Of a stretch of 64,000 nucleotides of DNA, positions 27,800 through 38,527 are shown piece by piece. Each line of letters begins with the position of its first letter. Position 1 is the first letter of the stretch. A program made the translations under genes and the position numbers. The notes under the pieces were generated by a model that saw nothing but the letters and a program-made list of their open reading frames with translations, searched no databases and was not told the DNA's origin. Origin of the DNA: Thermoplasmatota archaeon (GTDB taxonomy: Archaea; Thermoplasmatota; SW-10-69-26; JACQPN01; JAJPHT01); NCBI GenBank assembly GCA_035526585.1, contig DATLCC010000065.1, positions 11,581 through 75,580 on the forward strand, written 5' to 3'.

Positions 27800-28756
27800 C
27801 TATCCCGGTCTCGCCGGCGGCCCGGGCTCGGGGATGAGCGCGCCCGCGATCGCGAGGAGCGGCCCCCAGAGGAAGCCCGCATAGAGCGCGAACGCCGCCA
27901 CCGCCACGGCCGCGACGGCGGCGCGCTGCCACGCGCGAGGATGGGCGCGCGCCGGATGCGCGAGGGCGAGGAGGAGCGCGCTGCTTGCGAGCCCGCCCGC
28001 GACGAGCGCCCACCCTACGCCCGAGCGCGCGGCATCGGGCGCGAGCGCGAGCGAGGAGGCCGCGATGAAGGCGGCGCCCGCGCGCGCCGCGAGCGCGAGG
28101 AGGCTCGCGGGACGGCGGCGCGCGCGCCACGCGTACGCGCCGACGCCCGCGGCGCCCACCGCGCCCGTCACCACCGGGGGCCACGTGGGCGCGCCCGTCC
28201 ACGCGCGCGCATCGTCGCGCAGCCCCGGGAGGACGAGCCAGTCCAGCGCGGCGCGCCCGGGCGCGTCGGCGAAGAGGGAGAGCGGCGTCTCGTCCTGCGC
28301 GCGAAGCACGAGATGGTGACGCCCCGGTCCGAGATGGAGCGTGCGATCCAGGAGCGTCGTCCAGCGCGCCCCCAGCGCGGGCACCGTCGCGGGTGCGCGC
28401 TCGGCGGCCGAGAAGGAGAGCGCGCCGGTCCCGTTCGCGCGCTCGACGTCAGAAGGGACCGCGGCCTCGACGGGAAGCTCGGGACCGAAGACGAAGAGAG
28501 TCGGCACGGCGGAGGGTACGCGTCCCTCCGGCGCGAAGAGGCGCAGGTGAACGTCCTCCGCGCGAGCGAGATCGAGGCGATAGTAGCGCACGCTGACGCC
28601 CATGCCGGGGCTCTCGAAGACGCGCGCGGGGAGGCCGAGCGGCGTCGCGGCTGCGACGCTGTCGCCGCCGACGGTAGGCCCCGCAACGTGCGCCGATGCC
28701 TCGCCGATGCTCAGGCCGAGGAGGAGAAGGACGACGACGAAGCCGAGCCGTCGCAC
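27800..28756 (-). CDS. secreted/membrane protein, hypothetical
   Basis: Signal peptide MRRLGFVVVLLLLGLSIGEASA. C-terminal hydrophobic segments. Confidence 0.45.
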   Translation of the reverse strand: MRRLGFVVVLLLLGLSIGEASAHVAGPTVGGDSVAAATPLGLPARVFESPGMGVSVRYYRLDLARAEDVHLRLFAPEGRVPSAVPTLFVFGPELPVEAAVPSDVERANGTGALSFSAAERAPATVPALGARWTTLLDRTLHLGPGRHHLVLRAQDETPLSLFADAPGRAALDWLVLPGLRDDARAWTGAPTWPPVVTGAVGAAGVGAYAWRARRRPASLLALAARAGAAFIAASSLALAPDAARSGVGWALVAGGLASSALLLALAHPARAHPRAWQRAAVAAVAVAAFALYAGFLWGPLLAIAGALIPEPGPPARPG

Positions 28757-28811
28757 GCGTGGACGAGGAGGCGCTGGCGTTTAATCCTCGCGCGCCGTCG
28801 CGACCGTTGCC

Positions 28812-29261
28812 ATGTTCACGAGCGCGCACCTTACGAGCGGCGTCGCGGTCGGCCTCGCGCTCGGCCTTCACGACGCGCCGCTCGCAGCGTTCGTCCTCGC
28901 GAGCGTCTTCACCGATTGGGACTACGCGTTCCAGCTCGCGACGGGGCGCAACCACCGGACGCTCGTGACGCACTCGCCGCCGGTCCACCTTGTCGTGTGG
29001 GGCGCGCTCGGCTTCGCACACTCGATCTTCTGGTGGATCCTCGCCGGGACGATGCTGCACTTCTCGCTGGACGTCTGGGAGTATGGGCTCCGGCTTGACC
29101 CGTTCCACAACAGGATCTACGGCTTCCGCCTGCTGCCAGGCGTCGAGGACATGCGCTTTGGCGAGTATCTTCGCACCTACTTCACGGACAAGCGTTTCCT
29201 CGCGGCCGAGGTGGGCTTCGCGGCGCTCGCCGCGCTCCTTGTCGCATGGCGCTACCACTAG
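28812..29261 (+). CDS. small membrane protein, hypothetical
   Basis: 149 aa, about 4 TM, Trp-rich. Confidence 0.4.
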   Translation: MFTSAHLTSGVAVGLALGLHDAPLAAFVLASVFTDWDYAFQLATGRNHRTLVTHSPPVHLVVWGALGFAHSIFWWILAGTMLHFSLDVWEYGLRLDPFHNRIYGFRLLPGVEDMRFGEYLRTYFTDKRFLAAEVGFAALAALLVAWRYH

Positions 29262-30261
29262 AGCGCGAGGTCCGCGAGGTGCTCGCCGATCGCAGGCCCG
29301 AACTTGAAGCCGTGGCCGGAGAACCCGGCGCCCAGCGTCACGCCGTCCACCTTCTGCAGGAGGAAGTCGTCGTTCGACGTGTTGTCGTACAGACAGACGC
29401 GCTGGCGAGCGAGCGGCCGCTGCGCGAGCTCCGGCATGCGCTTCGCAAGCCACGCGCGCGCCGTCGCGACCTCCTTCGCGCTCGCGGGGGGCCGATGCTC
29501 GAAGTCGGTGACGAGCGGTCCCTTGTGGTGGTCTGCGACCTTCACCGCGCCGTCGCGCCGGGGGAAGCCGTAGAAGCCCTCTTCGAACGCAGCGAACGTC
29601 GCCGTCTCGGGAAAATCGGACGGCACGTCGAAGAAGAGCTCGGGCTGCCTCGTCACGCGGATCTTCCCGCGAAGCCACGGGAGGATGCGGGGCGCGTGGA
29701 AGCCGGCCGTCACGACGACCGCGCGCGCGGATAGCACGGAGCCATCGTCGAGCGTCACGCCGCCCGCGCGCACGGCCTTCGCGCCCACGTCGCGCCGGAT
29801 GTGCGCGCCGTGCGCGAGTGCGCGCTCCTCGAGCGCCCGCAGCGCCGCGCGCGGGTCGAGCCAGCCTCCAAGCGGATCCAGCACGGCCTCCTCGATGCCG
29901 TGGAAGCCGGGAAAGGGTCCCTTCATGATCTGCACGCGCTCGCCCATCTCGAGTAGCGTGCGCGCGCTCTGCTGGTGGAAGCCGCCGGGCGGGCCGAACA
30001 TGAGAAGGCCCGTCTGGTGCAGGATGGCGCGCCCCGAGTCCTCCTCCAGCGCGCGCCATCCCACGAGCGCCTTCTTCGCGAGCTGCACGTAGTTGCGCTG
30101 GCGCCCGTACGCGATGCGGAAGACCTTGCTCTCGTCGTTCGATGCGCTGTGCTCGTTGATGGTCGGTCGCGGATCGACGAGGGTCACGCGCGCGCCGCGC
30201 TTCGCGGCCGCCCAGGCGGTCGAGAGCCCCATGAGGCCGCCACCGACGATCGCGAGGTCCA
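29258..30261 (-). CDS. FAD-dependent oxidoreductase (DAO/sarcosine oxidase-like)
   Basis: MDLAIVGGGLMGLSTAWAAAKRGARVTLVD Rossmann motif. About 334 aa. Confidence 0.7.
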
Positions 30262-30318
30262 TGCTCGCTTCAGACGAAGCGGCCGGAAGACGTTTTCCCT
30301 CTTGTGGCGAGCGAGCCC

Positions 30319-31912
30319 CATGGCCGCCCCGCACGAGACGGGGAACTCGCGTTCTCTCTCCTACTGGATCGACACCACTGCGTCGACATCCTTCCCGCCG
30401 CTTGGCGCCGACGACAAGGCGGACGTCTGCGTCGTGGGGGGCGGGATCGCGGGCATCACGGCCGCCTACCTGCTCGCGAAGGCGGGAACGAGCGTCATCG
30501 TCCTCGACCGCGAGCGCGTCGCGATGGCGGAGACAGGCCACACGACCGCGCATCTGCAGATCGTCCTTGACACGCGCCTTTCGGACCTCGTGCCCCGCTT
30601 CGGGCTCGACGGCACGAAGCTCGCATGGGACTCGCAACTGGAAGCCGTGAATCTCATCGAGTCCATCGCGCGCGAGCACCGGATCTCGTGCGAGCTCGAG
30701 CGCCTCCCCGCCTACCTGTATTCGCCGCACAAGAAGGACAAGAAGCTCCTGAAGGAGGAGCTGCGTCTCACGCGCAAGATCGGCTACGAAGCCGAGTGGG
30801 CGTCGCCCGACGAGATCCCGTTCCCAGCCGAGCACGCGATCAAGTTCCCGGACCAGGGGAAGTTCCACGTGCGCAAGTACCTCCTGGGCGTCGTGAAGGC
30901 CGCGCAGGCGCTCGGGGTCCGCTTCCACGAAGGGACCGAGGTCAGCGACGTCAAGAGCGGCCGCCACGTCGTCGTCGAGACGCGCCACGGCGCTCGCGTC
31001 AAGGCCAAGTGGCTCCTCTGCTGCACCAACACGCCGATCGTCGGGCGCGAGACCATCCATGCGAAGGTCGAAGCCTACCGGACGTACGCCATCGGCGCGC
31101 TCGTCCCTCGCGGCGTGTTCGGCGAAGCGCTCTACTGGGACACGCTCGATCCCTACCACTACACGCGCGTCGAGCGGCGCGGCGAGCAGGACCTCGTGAT
31201 CCACGGCGGCGAGGACCATCTCGTCGGCGACGTCGAAGACACTGAGTCCCGCTGGGCGAAGGTCTACGATCACCTGCGGGAGGCGACGACCGAGTCCACG
31301 CTCGCGTATCGCTGGTCCGGGGAGATCATGGAGACCGCCGACGACATGCCCTACATCGGGCGCATCCCCGGCCGCGGCAAGAACGAGCTCATGGTCACGG
31401 GCGACAGCGGCACCGGCATGACGAACGGCACGATCGGCGCGCTCATGCTCGCGGAGCACGTGCTGGGCCGCGGCACGCCGTGGGACGAGCTGTACGACCC
31501 CGCGCGCATCGAGATGGACATGAACGTCGCGAAAGAGACGCTACGCTACAACCTGCACGCGGGGAAGCGCTTCGTCAAGGGCGCGCTCATGCGCGGCGAG
31601 ATCGCGGACATCGCGGAGCTCCAGCTGGGCGAGGGCGCGATCGTCAAACAGGGGATGAGGCCCATCGCGGTCTCGCGCCTGGAGGACGGCACGCTCTGCG
31701 CCGTCTCCGGCGTCTGCACGCACGTCGGCTGCACCGTCGCATGGAACCACGGCGAGCAGAGCTGGGACTGCCCATGCCACGGCTCGCGATTCACCCCGAA
31801 GGGGGAGATCCTGCACGGCCCCGCGCGCGATCCGCTCGCGCCCGTCGACCTGGAGGGCCTCCTCGATGCGCGCGAGGATCGTGTCGAGAAGCAGGCCGGG
31901 CGCCGAAGCTGA
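30319..31912 (+). CDS. FAD-dependent oxidoreductase fused to a C-terminal Rieske [2Fe-2S] domain
   Basis: VCVVGGGIAGITAAYLLAKAGTSVIVLD. C-terminal CTHVGCTV ... CPCHGSRF Rieske boxes. Confidence 0.75.
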
Positions 31913-33067
31913 CTAGCCCGACAGCGACGCCACGATGCGCATGAAGTCCTTCGCGCTCGCGTCCGTCCGCACGCCGAGCCTGTTGAAATGCACGGGAGCC
32001 GCGGCGAAGCCCTGCTCGCGGAGCGCCTCCCAGACGCGCTCCGTCCGCGGCGAGCCCATGCGCGCGCGGCTGCCCGCCTCGTGGATGTCGAAGAAGAGCG
32101 GGGGCGCCCCCGCCTCCTGGGCCAGAAGATCGAGGATGCGCGGCGAATCGAGAGCGGCGAACGGGAACTCTCCCGCCTTCGCAAGCATCGCCTGCGCGGT
32201 CGCCGCATCGATGAGCGGCGCCGTCCAGACCGGGCCCGCGGAGTCGACGGGCGCGCCGCATGCGGGGCAGATCTCGGAGTCCGAGAAGCCCCGATCCGCG
32301 CACGTGGGGCAGTAGTGCGCGACGCCCACGTGCTTGAGCGCCTCGTCGGCGCGCGAGGCGCCGCGGCGCGCCGCGAACATCACGCGGTAATAGTGGTCCG
32401 TCGCGTGCGCGAGCACCGGAGTGAGCGCGACCTCGTGCTTCGCGGCGTGTCGGACGCCCGCCGCGACGAGGATACGCAGCGCGATCTCGTGCATGAGCTC
32501 GTTGTGCATCGGCGTCGCAAGATAGCGCCGACGACACACGTTCGGGTACACGCCGGCGAGCGCGGTCGCGTCCGTCGCCGTGATGCCCAATAGCCCGCGG
32601 TCGCGCACGGCCCGCGTCGCGGCGTCGAGGAACGGCGCCGGGCTTCCGTAGGGATCGATATCGACGAGATGCCAGACGCTCTCGTAGAGGAGGGGCGCAA
32701 GGTTCCGCTGGGTCACGTGCGGCTCGACGCCGTTCATCGCGCAGTTCTCTGCAATGAGGCGCGCGGCCATCGGATTCCAATCGTTGAACTCCACCGAAAG
32801 CGCGCGCCCCGACTCCAGCGCGTAGCGCAACCCGCGCGCCCCGCTCGCCGCGAGCCCGTCGAGCGCGCTCCAGCCGTCCTGCGCCTTCGTCGACACGAGG
32901 AGGGACGAGAGGTCGCGGTTCAGCGCCATCGCCGGGTTGTAGAAGACCGCCGCCGTGTCCTTCGACTCCGGGCCGCGCAGGGAGCGCTCCGCTGCGGGCA
33001 GGCGCAGGCGCGCGCGCCCCTCCATGACCTCGACATGCGGCGCGCCCTCGGACACGGGCACGCGCAC
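31913..33067 (-). CDS. trm1: tRNA (guanine26-N2)-dimethyltransferase Trm1
   Basis: VFYNPAMALNRDLS, IDPYGSPAPFLD, C-terminal Cys cluster CPTC ... CPAC. Confidence 0.8.
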   Translation of the reverse strand: MRVPVSEGAPHVEVMEGRARLRLPAAERSLRGPESKDTAAVFYNPAMALNRDLSSLLVSTKAQDGWSALDGLAASGARGLRYALESGRALSVEFNDWNPMAARLIAENCAMNGVEPHVTQRNLAPLLYESVWHLVDIDPYGSPAPFLDAATRAVRDRGLLGITATDATALAGVYPNVCRRRYLATPMHNELMHEIALRILVAAGVRHAAKHEVALTPVLAHATDHYYRVMFAARRGASRADEALKHVGVAHYCPTCADRGFSDSEICPACGAPVDSAGPVWTAPLIDAATAQAMLAKAGEFPFAALDSPRILDLLAQEAGAPPLFFDIHEAGSRARMGSPRTERVWEALREQGFAAAPVHFNRLGVRTDASAKDFMRIVASLSG

Positions 33068-33279
33068 ACGGGCGCGGGGCTAAAAGCGGGATTATGAGGA
33101 AAGCAGAGAAGATTATGAGTGGCGCTATGAAAATCCAGCAAGAGTGTCATAATCGGTTATGAGAGATCGTTTGAAAGCTCATAATGCGTGCGCCGAGCGC
33201 CTTTGGCGCAGGTACGCGCGCGCACGCCTTCGAGCAGGCGCGCCCGCGTCTTGATGCGCCGACGCAAGCTTGCGCGCGC

Positions 33280-33600
33280 GTGAACGAGTTCGTCTCCGTG
33301 TATGTCACGTGCCCCGACCTTGCGCAGGCGCGCTCCCTCGCGCAGGCGCTCGTGACGGAGGAGCTCGTGGCGTGCGCGAACATGGTGCAGGGGTCGAGCG
33401 TGTATCGGTGGGAGGGCGCGCTCGTCGGGGAGCCGGAGGTGATCGTGTTCCTGAAGACGCGGCGGGCCCTCGTGGAGCGCGTGGTGGCGGCGGTGAAGGT
33501 GCTGCATCCGGCCGAGGTGCCGTGCATCGTCGCGCTCGACGTCGTCGCAGGGCATGCGCCGTTCCTCGAGTGGGTGCGCGCGAACACGCGCGCGCCCTAG
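33280..33600 (+). CDS. cutA: divalent-cation tolerance protein CutA
   Basis: VSVYVTCPDLAQARSLAQALVTEELVACANMV ... SVYRWEG. GTG start. Confidence 0.7.
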   Translation: MNEFVSVYVTCPDLAQARSLAQALVTEELVACANMVQGSSVYRWEGALVGEPEVIVFLKTRRALVERVVAAVKVLHPAEVPCIVALDVVAGHAPFLEWVRANTRAP

Positions 33601-34742
33601 GCTGGCGGCAGCGGGAGCCGGCGCCGGCTGGCGAGCTCGATCTCGAGCGCTTCGCGGGCGCCAAGGCCCAGCTCGTCGGCGAGGGTGGCGAGCATGGCGC
33701 GTTCTTTGGCGGTGAGTTGTCCGTCGTCGGTGGCGCTTTCGACGGCGGCTTTGTAGATGTCGCGGCGGCGTTCGAGGCGGTATTGTTCGGTGTCGGCGAC
33801 GCGTGGCATCGCGGCGTTGGCGAGCGTGCTCGCGGCGCGTTCGAGGGGGCGCAGCGCGAAGACGAGGAATCCTGCGGCGACGCCGCCGGCGAGCCAGCCG
33901 AGGTTCGTGCTGAGGTAGTTCTGGGCGACCTCGGCGACGACGAAGAAGACGGCGACGAAGACGGCGGCGACGGTGCCGCGCTGCAGGGTCCATTTGATCT
34001 TGAGGTCGATGCCAAGGAGCTGGTACTGGAGCATCGCGTAGACGAGGAGCGACGCGGTGACGATGTTGAGGATGGAGAAGCCGTAGGCGGCGAGGAAGCG
34101 GGAGAGGATGTCGCCGCCGCCTGTCGCCACTTCGAGCGCGATGTCGGTGAGGAACGAGACTTCGAGGAGGCCGAACGCGGCGAGGTAGAGCGCGGCCTGG
34201 CGGCGGCTGGGTGTGGCTGGGCTCGCGCGTCGGAAGGCGCTCACGGCGCAGGCGAGCGTGTAGAGGTAGAGCGGCACCGCGAGCAGGAAGATGGAGCGCG
34301 CGAGCGTCGTGAAGCGGAGGAAGCCGTCTGCGTCGACGACAGCGAAGAGCGAGGGCGCCGCGATCGCTCCGAGGGCGAGCGCGCCCGCGACGATCGTGAG
34401 CGAGACGATGGCGGCGCGCTCGCGGAAGGGCCACGCGAGGGGCGAGGAGACGACCTGCCCGACGAAGATCAGGTAGATGGGGAGCGCGATCGTGAGCGCC
34501 ATGTTCGCCCAGTAGTCGAGGTTCGCGCGCACGAAGATCGAGGTGAGCCCGAGCGCGCTCGCAGGGAGCGAGTCGAGCGCGTTCGCGACGAGGACGAAGG
34601 CCAGAGCGATCGAGGCGAGGCGGCGCTTCGAGGTCGAGAGCGTGAAGGCGACGAGCGCGAGGAGCGTCAAGGCTGAGACGATCGCCAGGACGCGGCTCGC
34701 GAGGTCGGCCACGCGGTCGCGAGGAAAGAGGGGCGTCTTCAA
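33597..34742 (-). CDS. polytopic membrane protein with C-terminal soluble coiled region, hypothetical
   Basis: About 8 TM, then AKERAMLATLADELGL. Confidence 0.45.
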   Translation of the reverse strand: MKTPLFPRDRVADLASRVLAIVSALTLLALVAFTLSTSKRRLASIALAFVLVANALDSLPASALGLTSIFVRANLDYWANMALTIALPIYLIFVGQVVSSPLAWPFRERAAIVSLTIVAGALALGAIAAPSLFAVVDADGFLRFTTLARSIFLLAVPLYLYTLACAVSAFRRASPATPSRRQAALYLAAFGLLEVSFLTDIALEVATGGGDILSRFLAAYGFSILNIVTASLLVYAMLQYQLLGIDLKIKWTLQRGTVAAVFVAVFFVVAEVAQNYLSTNLGWLAGGVAAGFLVFALRPLERAASTLANAAMPRVADTEQYRLERRRDIYKAAVESATDDGQLTAKERAMLATLADELGLGAREALEIELASRRRLPLPPA

Positions 34743-34743
34743 T

Positions 34744-36321
34744 CTACTGAGGCGGCTTCGTGTTCGACGCGTACGTGCGGCTCTGCTCGCGCAGGAACTG
34801 CTGCAGGTACCACGGGCCGCCGGCGCCGCGCGAGGTCGTCGCGCTGAACTTCCAGCCGCCGAAGCTCTGCCCGCCCACCATCGCGCCGGTGGACGTGCCT
34901 CGGTCGCGGTTCGCGTACTGCACGCCCGCTTCGACCCGGTCGAAGAACCATTGCACCTCGTTCGCGTCCTTGCTCACGACGCCGAAGGTGAGCCCGTAGT
35001 CCGCCGCGTTCACTTCGCGCACGGCCTGCTCGTTGTCGTGGAACTTGCCGATCGCGACGAAGGGCACGAAGTATTCCTGGCGGAACGCCTCGTGGTCGAG
35101 CGGGAGCCCGGTGACGATGGTCGGCTCGACGAAATTCCCCTGGGCAAAGGCGCCTTCCTTGAGTCGGTGGCCGCCGACGATGAATTTGCCGCCCGCTGCG
35201 GTCGCCGCAGCGACCGCCGCGAGCCACGTCTCCACGGCGCCCGCGTTGATGACGGGGCCGAGGTCGGCTTCCTTCTTCCACGGGAGGTCGACGCGCAGCT
35301 TCTTGCCCTTCTCGGTGAGCTTCGCGACGAAGGCGTCGTAGACCGACTCGTGCACGTAGACGCGGGACGTCGCGCTGCACTTCTGGCCGCCGAAGCCGAA
35401 CGCGCTCTTCAGCACGCCGGTGGCCGCGATGTCGAGGTCGGCGTTCTTCGTCACGACGGTCGCGTTCTTGCCGCCCATCTCCGCGATGTAGGGCCGGGGG
35501 CGCTTGCCGACGAACGACTGGTAGTTGCGCATGCCGACCTCGCGGCTGCCCGTGAAGACGAGACCATCCACCTCGGGGTGGTCGATGAGCGGCTGGCCGA
35601 CCTCGCGGCCGCCTCCGGTGACGAAGGAGAGGACCTCCTTCGGGACGCCGGCATCGTGCAGGATGCGCACGACCTCGTACGCGGTCCACGGCGTGTCGCT
35701 CGCCGGCTTCAGGACGACCGCGTTCCCGGTGATGAGCGCGCCCACCGTCATGCCGGTCGGGATGGCGACGGGGAAGTTGAAGGGCCCGACGACCGCGAAG
35801 ACTCCCCACGGGCGCATGACGCTCACGCACGTCTCATCCGGGAACGGCTTCCCGAGCGGGACGGTGAAGCCGTTCTCGTGGCGGATCTTCCACGCGTAGA
35901 ACTTGAGGAAGTCGATCGCTTCGTCGACGTCGTAGTACGCCTCGACGCGGTTCTTCCCGTTCTCGATCGACATGAGCGCCGCGAGCATCGGCCGGCGCTC
36001 GCGCATGATCTCGACCGCGCGCTCCACGATCGCCGCGCGCTTCGCGTGCCCGAGCCGCTCCCATGCGGGCTGCGCCGCCTTCGCGGCCGTCACGGCCGCG
36101 TCCACGTCGGCGGTCGTGCCGTGCGGGAAGGTCGCGATGACCTCGCCGGTCGAAGGATCGCGGTCCTCGAAGCTCTTCGCATGGCGGACCTCCTTGCCAC
36201 CGACGAGCATCGGGAACGACTGCCCCGTCCGCTTGCGCAGATCGGAATACGCCTCCTCGAACTCCCGGTCCAACCGAGCCATGTCGCGGAAGGCGGTGTT
36301 CTCGTTCTCGAAGGCGGCCAT
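34744..36321 (-). CDS. aldehyde dehydrogenase family, likely 1-pyrroline-5-carboxylate dehydrogenase
   Basis: ELGGKN-type AEMGGKNATVV. Catalytic Cys FGFGGQKCSATSR. 525 aa. Confidence 0.85.
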   Translation of the reverse strand: MAAFENENTAFRDMARLDREFEEAYSDLRKRTGQSFPMLVGGKEVRHAKSFEDRDPSTGEVIATFPHGTTADVDAAVTAAKAAQPAWERLGHAKRAAIVERAVEIMRERRPMLAALMSIENGKNRVEAYYDVDEAIDFLKFYAWKIRHENGFTVPLGKPFPDETCVSVMRPWGVFAVVGPFNFPVAIPTGMTVGALITGNAVVLKPASDTPWTAYEVVRILHDAGVPKEVLSFVTGGGREVGQPLIDHPEVDGLVFTGSREVGMRNYQSFVGKRPRPYIAEMGGKNATVVTKNADLDIAATGVLKSAFGFGGQKCSATSRVYVHESVYDAFVAKLTEKGKKLRVDLPWKKEADLGPVINAGAVETWLAAVAAATAAGGKFIVGGHRLKEGAFAQGNFVEPTIVTGLPLDHEAFRQEYFVPFVAIGKFHDNEQAVREVNAADYGLTFGVVSKDANEVQWFFDRVEAGVQYANRDRGTSTGAMVGGQSFGGWKFSATTSRGAGGPWYLQQFLREQSRTYASNTKPPQ

Positions 36322-36361
36322 GGTTCGCCATCGCCCCGTCCTGGGGAAAAGCGTTGCGGCC

Positions 36362-36901
36362 TCACGGCCGCCTGCGGAGCGCGGCGTCCAGCTCGCGCAC
36401 GAGCGCGCCCAGGCGCCCGCCGCCCGCCGGCGCGGCCGGGTAGCGGGCGAGCACCGCGACCACGACCGGCGACGCTCGCCGCCGCGCGCCTTCGAGGCTC
36501 GCGAGCGCGGCCGCGCCCTCCCCGCCCGCCGCGAGCTCCTGCGCGCGCGCCGAGTACGCGGCCGAGCCGAGGATGTGCTTCACCTGGTGCGCGTCGGCCA
36601 GCGGGTGCAGATACGCCGCGCCCGCGGCCGCCATCGCGGCGCGCGCGGCCTCCGCGGCGGCCGGCGCCTGCGCGTCCTTCGCCGCGCGCATCGCCCCCCA
36701 CGCCGCGTCGCGCAGCGCCTTCCCGCGCTTCCCGCCGCGCGCGAACGTCCACGCCTCCGCGATCGCCTGGCGAGGACGAGCGTCCTCCGGATGCGCGGCC
36801 TCGAAGAGAGGGAGGACCTCCTCCGCGCACTGGGCCGCGAAGGCCGCGACCTCCCGCAGCTCGTCGAGCGTCAAGGGGAGCCCGCGCGCCTCGGCCGCCA
36901 T
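36362..36901 (-). CDS. hypothetical Ala-rich helical protein
   Basis: 179-aa ORF, all-alpha and Ala-rich. Could be partly compositional. Confidence 0.35.
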   Translation of the reverse strand: MAAEARGLPLTLDELREVAAFAAQCAEEVLPLFEAAHPEDARPRQAIAEAWTFARGGKRGKALRDAAWGAMRAAKDAQAPAAAEAARAAMAAAGAAYLHPLADAHQVKHILGSAAYSARAQELAAGGEGAAALASLEGARRRASPVVVAVLARYPAAPAGGGRLGALVRELDAALRRRP

Positions 36902-36997
36902 CGGGCCCGCGAGCGGAAGGCGCGCCCTTCAAACCTGCGAGGCTCCGCTCCGCACATCACCACCTATTTAGCGCGAGCCTGCGGTATCGCGGGCGTC

Positions 36998-37546
36998 ATG
37001 GTCAAGGAGCTCAAGATCGGCATCACCGGTCTTCCCTCCGTCGGAAAGACGAGGACCCTTCTCAAGATCGTCGAGAAGCTCGAGGAGAAGGAGCAGATCG
37101 TCGGCGGCATGGTCACCGAAAGCATGGACGAAGGAGCCACGCGCCTCGGCTTCAAGATCGTCAACTGGCTCACCAAGGAGGAAGGCATCCTCGCCCACGT
37201 CGACTTCGCCGACGCCAAGGTCAAGGTCGCCGGCTTCGGCGTCGACATGAACATCCTCGACGGGATCGGCGTCACCGCGATCGAACAGGCCATCAAGGAA
37301 GCCGAAGTCATCGTCATCGACGAGGTCGGCAAGATGGAGATGGAAAGCCCCGCCTTCTGCGCCGCCGTCAAGAAAGCGCTCGACAGCAGCAAACCCATGA
37401 TCATGACGCTGCACAAGAAGAGCCGCAACCCCCTCCTCCAGGACATCCGGCGCCGGGATGACATCCGAATACTGGAAGTCACGAAGATCAACCGCAACCT
37501 CCTCCCCTACAAGATCGAGAAGCTCCTCGAAGGCGAGAACATCTAG
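36998..37546 (+). CDS. nucleoside-triphosphatase, THEP1/Mj1559 family
   Basis: Walker A GITGLPSVGKTR, Walker B VIVIDEVGKME. TATA-like ctatttag about 35 nt upstream. Confidence 0.75.
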   Translation: MVKELKIGITGLPSVGKTRTLLKIVEKLEEKEQIVGGMVTESMDEGATRLGFKIVNWLTKEEGILAHVDFADAKVKVAGFGVDMNILDGIGVTAIEQAIKEAEVIVIDEVGKMEMESPAFCAAVKKALDSSKPMIMTLHKKSRNPLLQDIRRRDDIRILEVTKINRNLLPYKIEKLLEGENI

Positions 37547-37778
37547 CCTGGCCCTTTTTCGAGTCGGACCTCGGGCTCGCGCACCTGCGGTCACGCCATG
37601 CGCTGCGGCGCACGGCTTGGTCCTTGCTTGCTTCGCCTCGCTGCGGGTGCGTCGCCCAAGGTCCTCGCCCGCGCCGCTGCGCGAGCGCTCGCTGCGGCGC
37701 GCGTCGAAAAGGCGCCAGCGGAAACTCCGAGCTATCCACACTTGTCGCTGCGCGTTCGCAAATGGGGAAACCCTTTCT

Positions 37779-37800
37779 GTAACCATTTAGTTACACGTCT
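37779..37800. promoter_or_regulatory. dyad motif GTAACC-N4-aGTTAC-ACGTCT about 200 nt upstream of the RHH array
   Basis: Near-identical motif at 47031-47052 and a related one at 3585-3605. Confidence 0.3.
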
Positions 37801-38003
37801 TCCGCGAAGGCTGAGGTGGCGAGGATCCCCGGCCCTGGGCCGCGACCGGGCCCGGGCCCGGACCCCCCGTGCCCGGGAACCTCCAGCCCGGCTGTCCCCG
37901 CGCCCGGACGCGCCGGCGCCAGGGCCAGCGAGCAGCCGCTTGTCCCGTTGGTTCGAACAACGTACCATACCCTCCCTGGCCACCAAGGGGTTGGGCTCAC
38001 CCC

Positions 38004-38186
38004 ATGCTCATCCACGACCCCCCGAAGAAGACCGGCACGAAGGAACTGAAGGTCCACATCCCGGTGAAGTACCACCTCCAGCTCCACCAGTTGAAGGTCC
38101 TCCAGGGCCGCCAGATCCACGGCGTCATCGAGGAAGCCCTCGACCTCTGGTTCCAGCGCGTGAACGGGGCGGCCAAGGCCGACTGA
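38004..38186 (+). CDS. small ribbon-helix-helix (CopG/Arc-like) protein, paralog 1
   Basis: MLIHDPPKKTGTKELKVHIPVKYHLQLHQLKVLQGRQIHGVIEEALDLWF. Confidence 0.5.
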   Translation: MLIHDPPKKTGTKELKVHIPVKYHLQLHQLKVLQGRQIHGVIEEALDLWFQRVNGAAKAD

Positions 38187-38260
38187 GGCGGCTGCCTGCT
38201 TGTTCGCCCATGGCGAACAACCCCACATACCCTGGAAAACCGGAACTGGAGTCGGACACC

Positions 38261-38473
38261 ATGTTCATCCACGACCCCCCCAAGCCGACGACGCGCAAGG
38301 AGCTGAAGGTGAACCTGCCCGCGAAGCAGCACCGCGACCTGCGCGCCCTCCAGCAGGAGATGGGCGAGGACGCCCCCAAGATCGTCGCCGAGGCGCTGGG
38401 CCTCTACTTCAGCCGGCTCGCCCAAGAGGCGAACCCGCAGCGCCCCGTCTTCGCGAAGCTGGGTCGTCTGTAA
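38261..38473 (+). CDS. small ribbon-helix-helix protein, paralog 2
   Basis: MFIHDPPKPTTRKELKVNLPAKQHRDLRALQQEMGEDAPKIVAEALGLYF. Confidence 0.5.
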   Translation: MFIHDPPKPTTRKELKVNLPAKQHRDLRALQQEMGEDAPKIVAEALGLYFSRLAQEANPQRPVFAKLGRL

Positions 38474-38527
38474 AGGCGAGACGAGCGACGCGATATCCCA
38501 TCACATCCCACCTCGGAAGGAGACCCC

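Noticed and set aside
34543-37461. 972-aa + ORF
   Set aside because: Low-complexity Arg/Pro/Ala translation antisense to the aldehyde dehydrogenase. Overlaps the real NTPase gene only in a different frame.
37920-37950. GGTTCGAAC resembling a tRNA T-arm
   Set aside because: No acceptor stem, D-arm or anticodon arm can be built around it. I found no convincing tRNA in the window.
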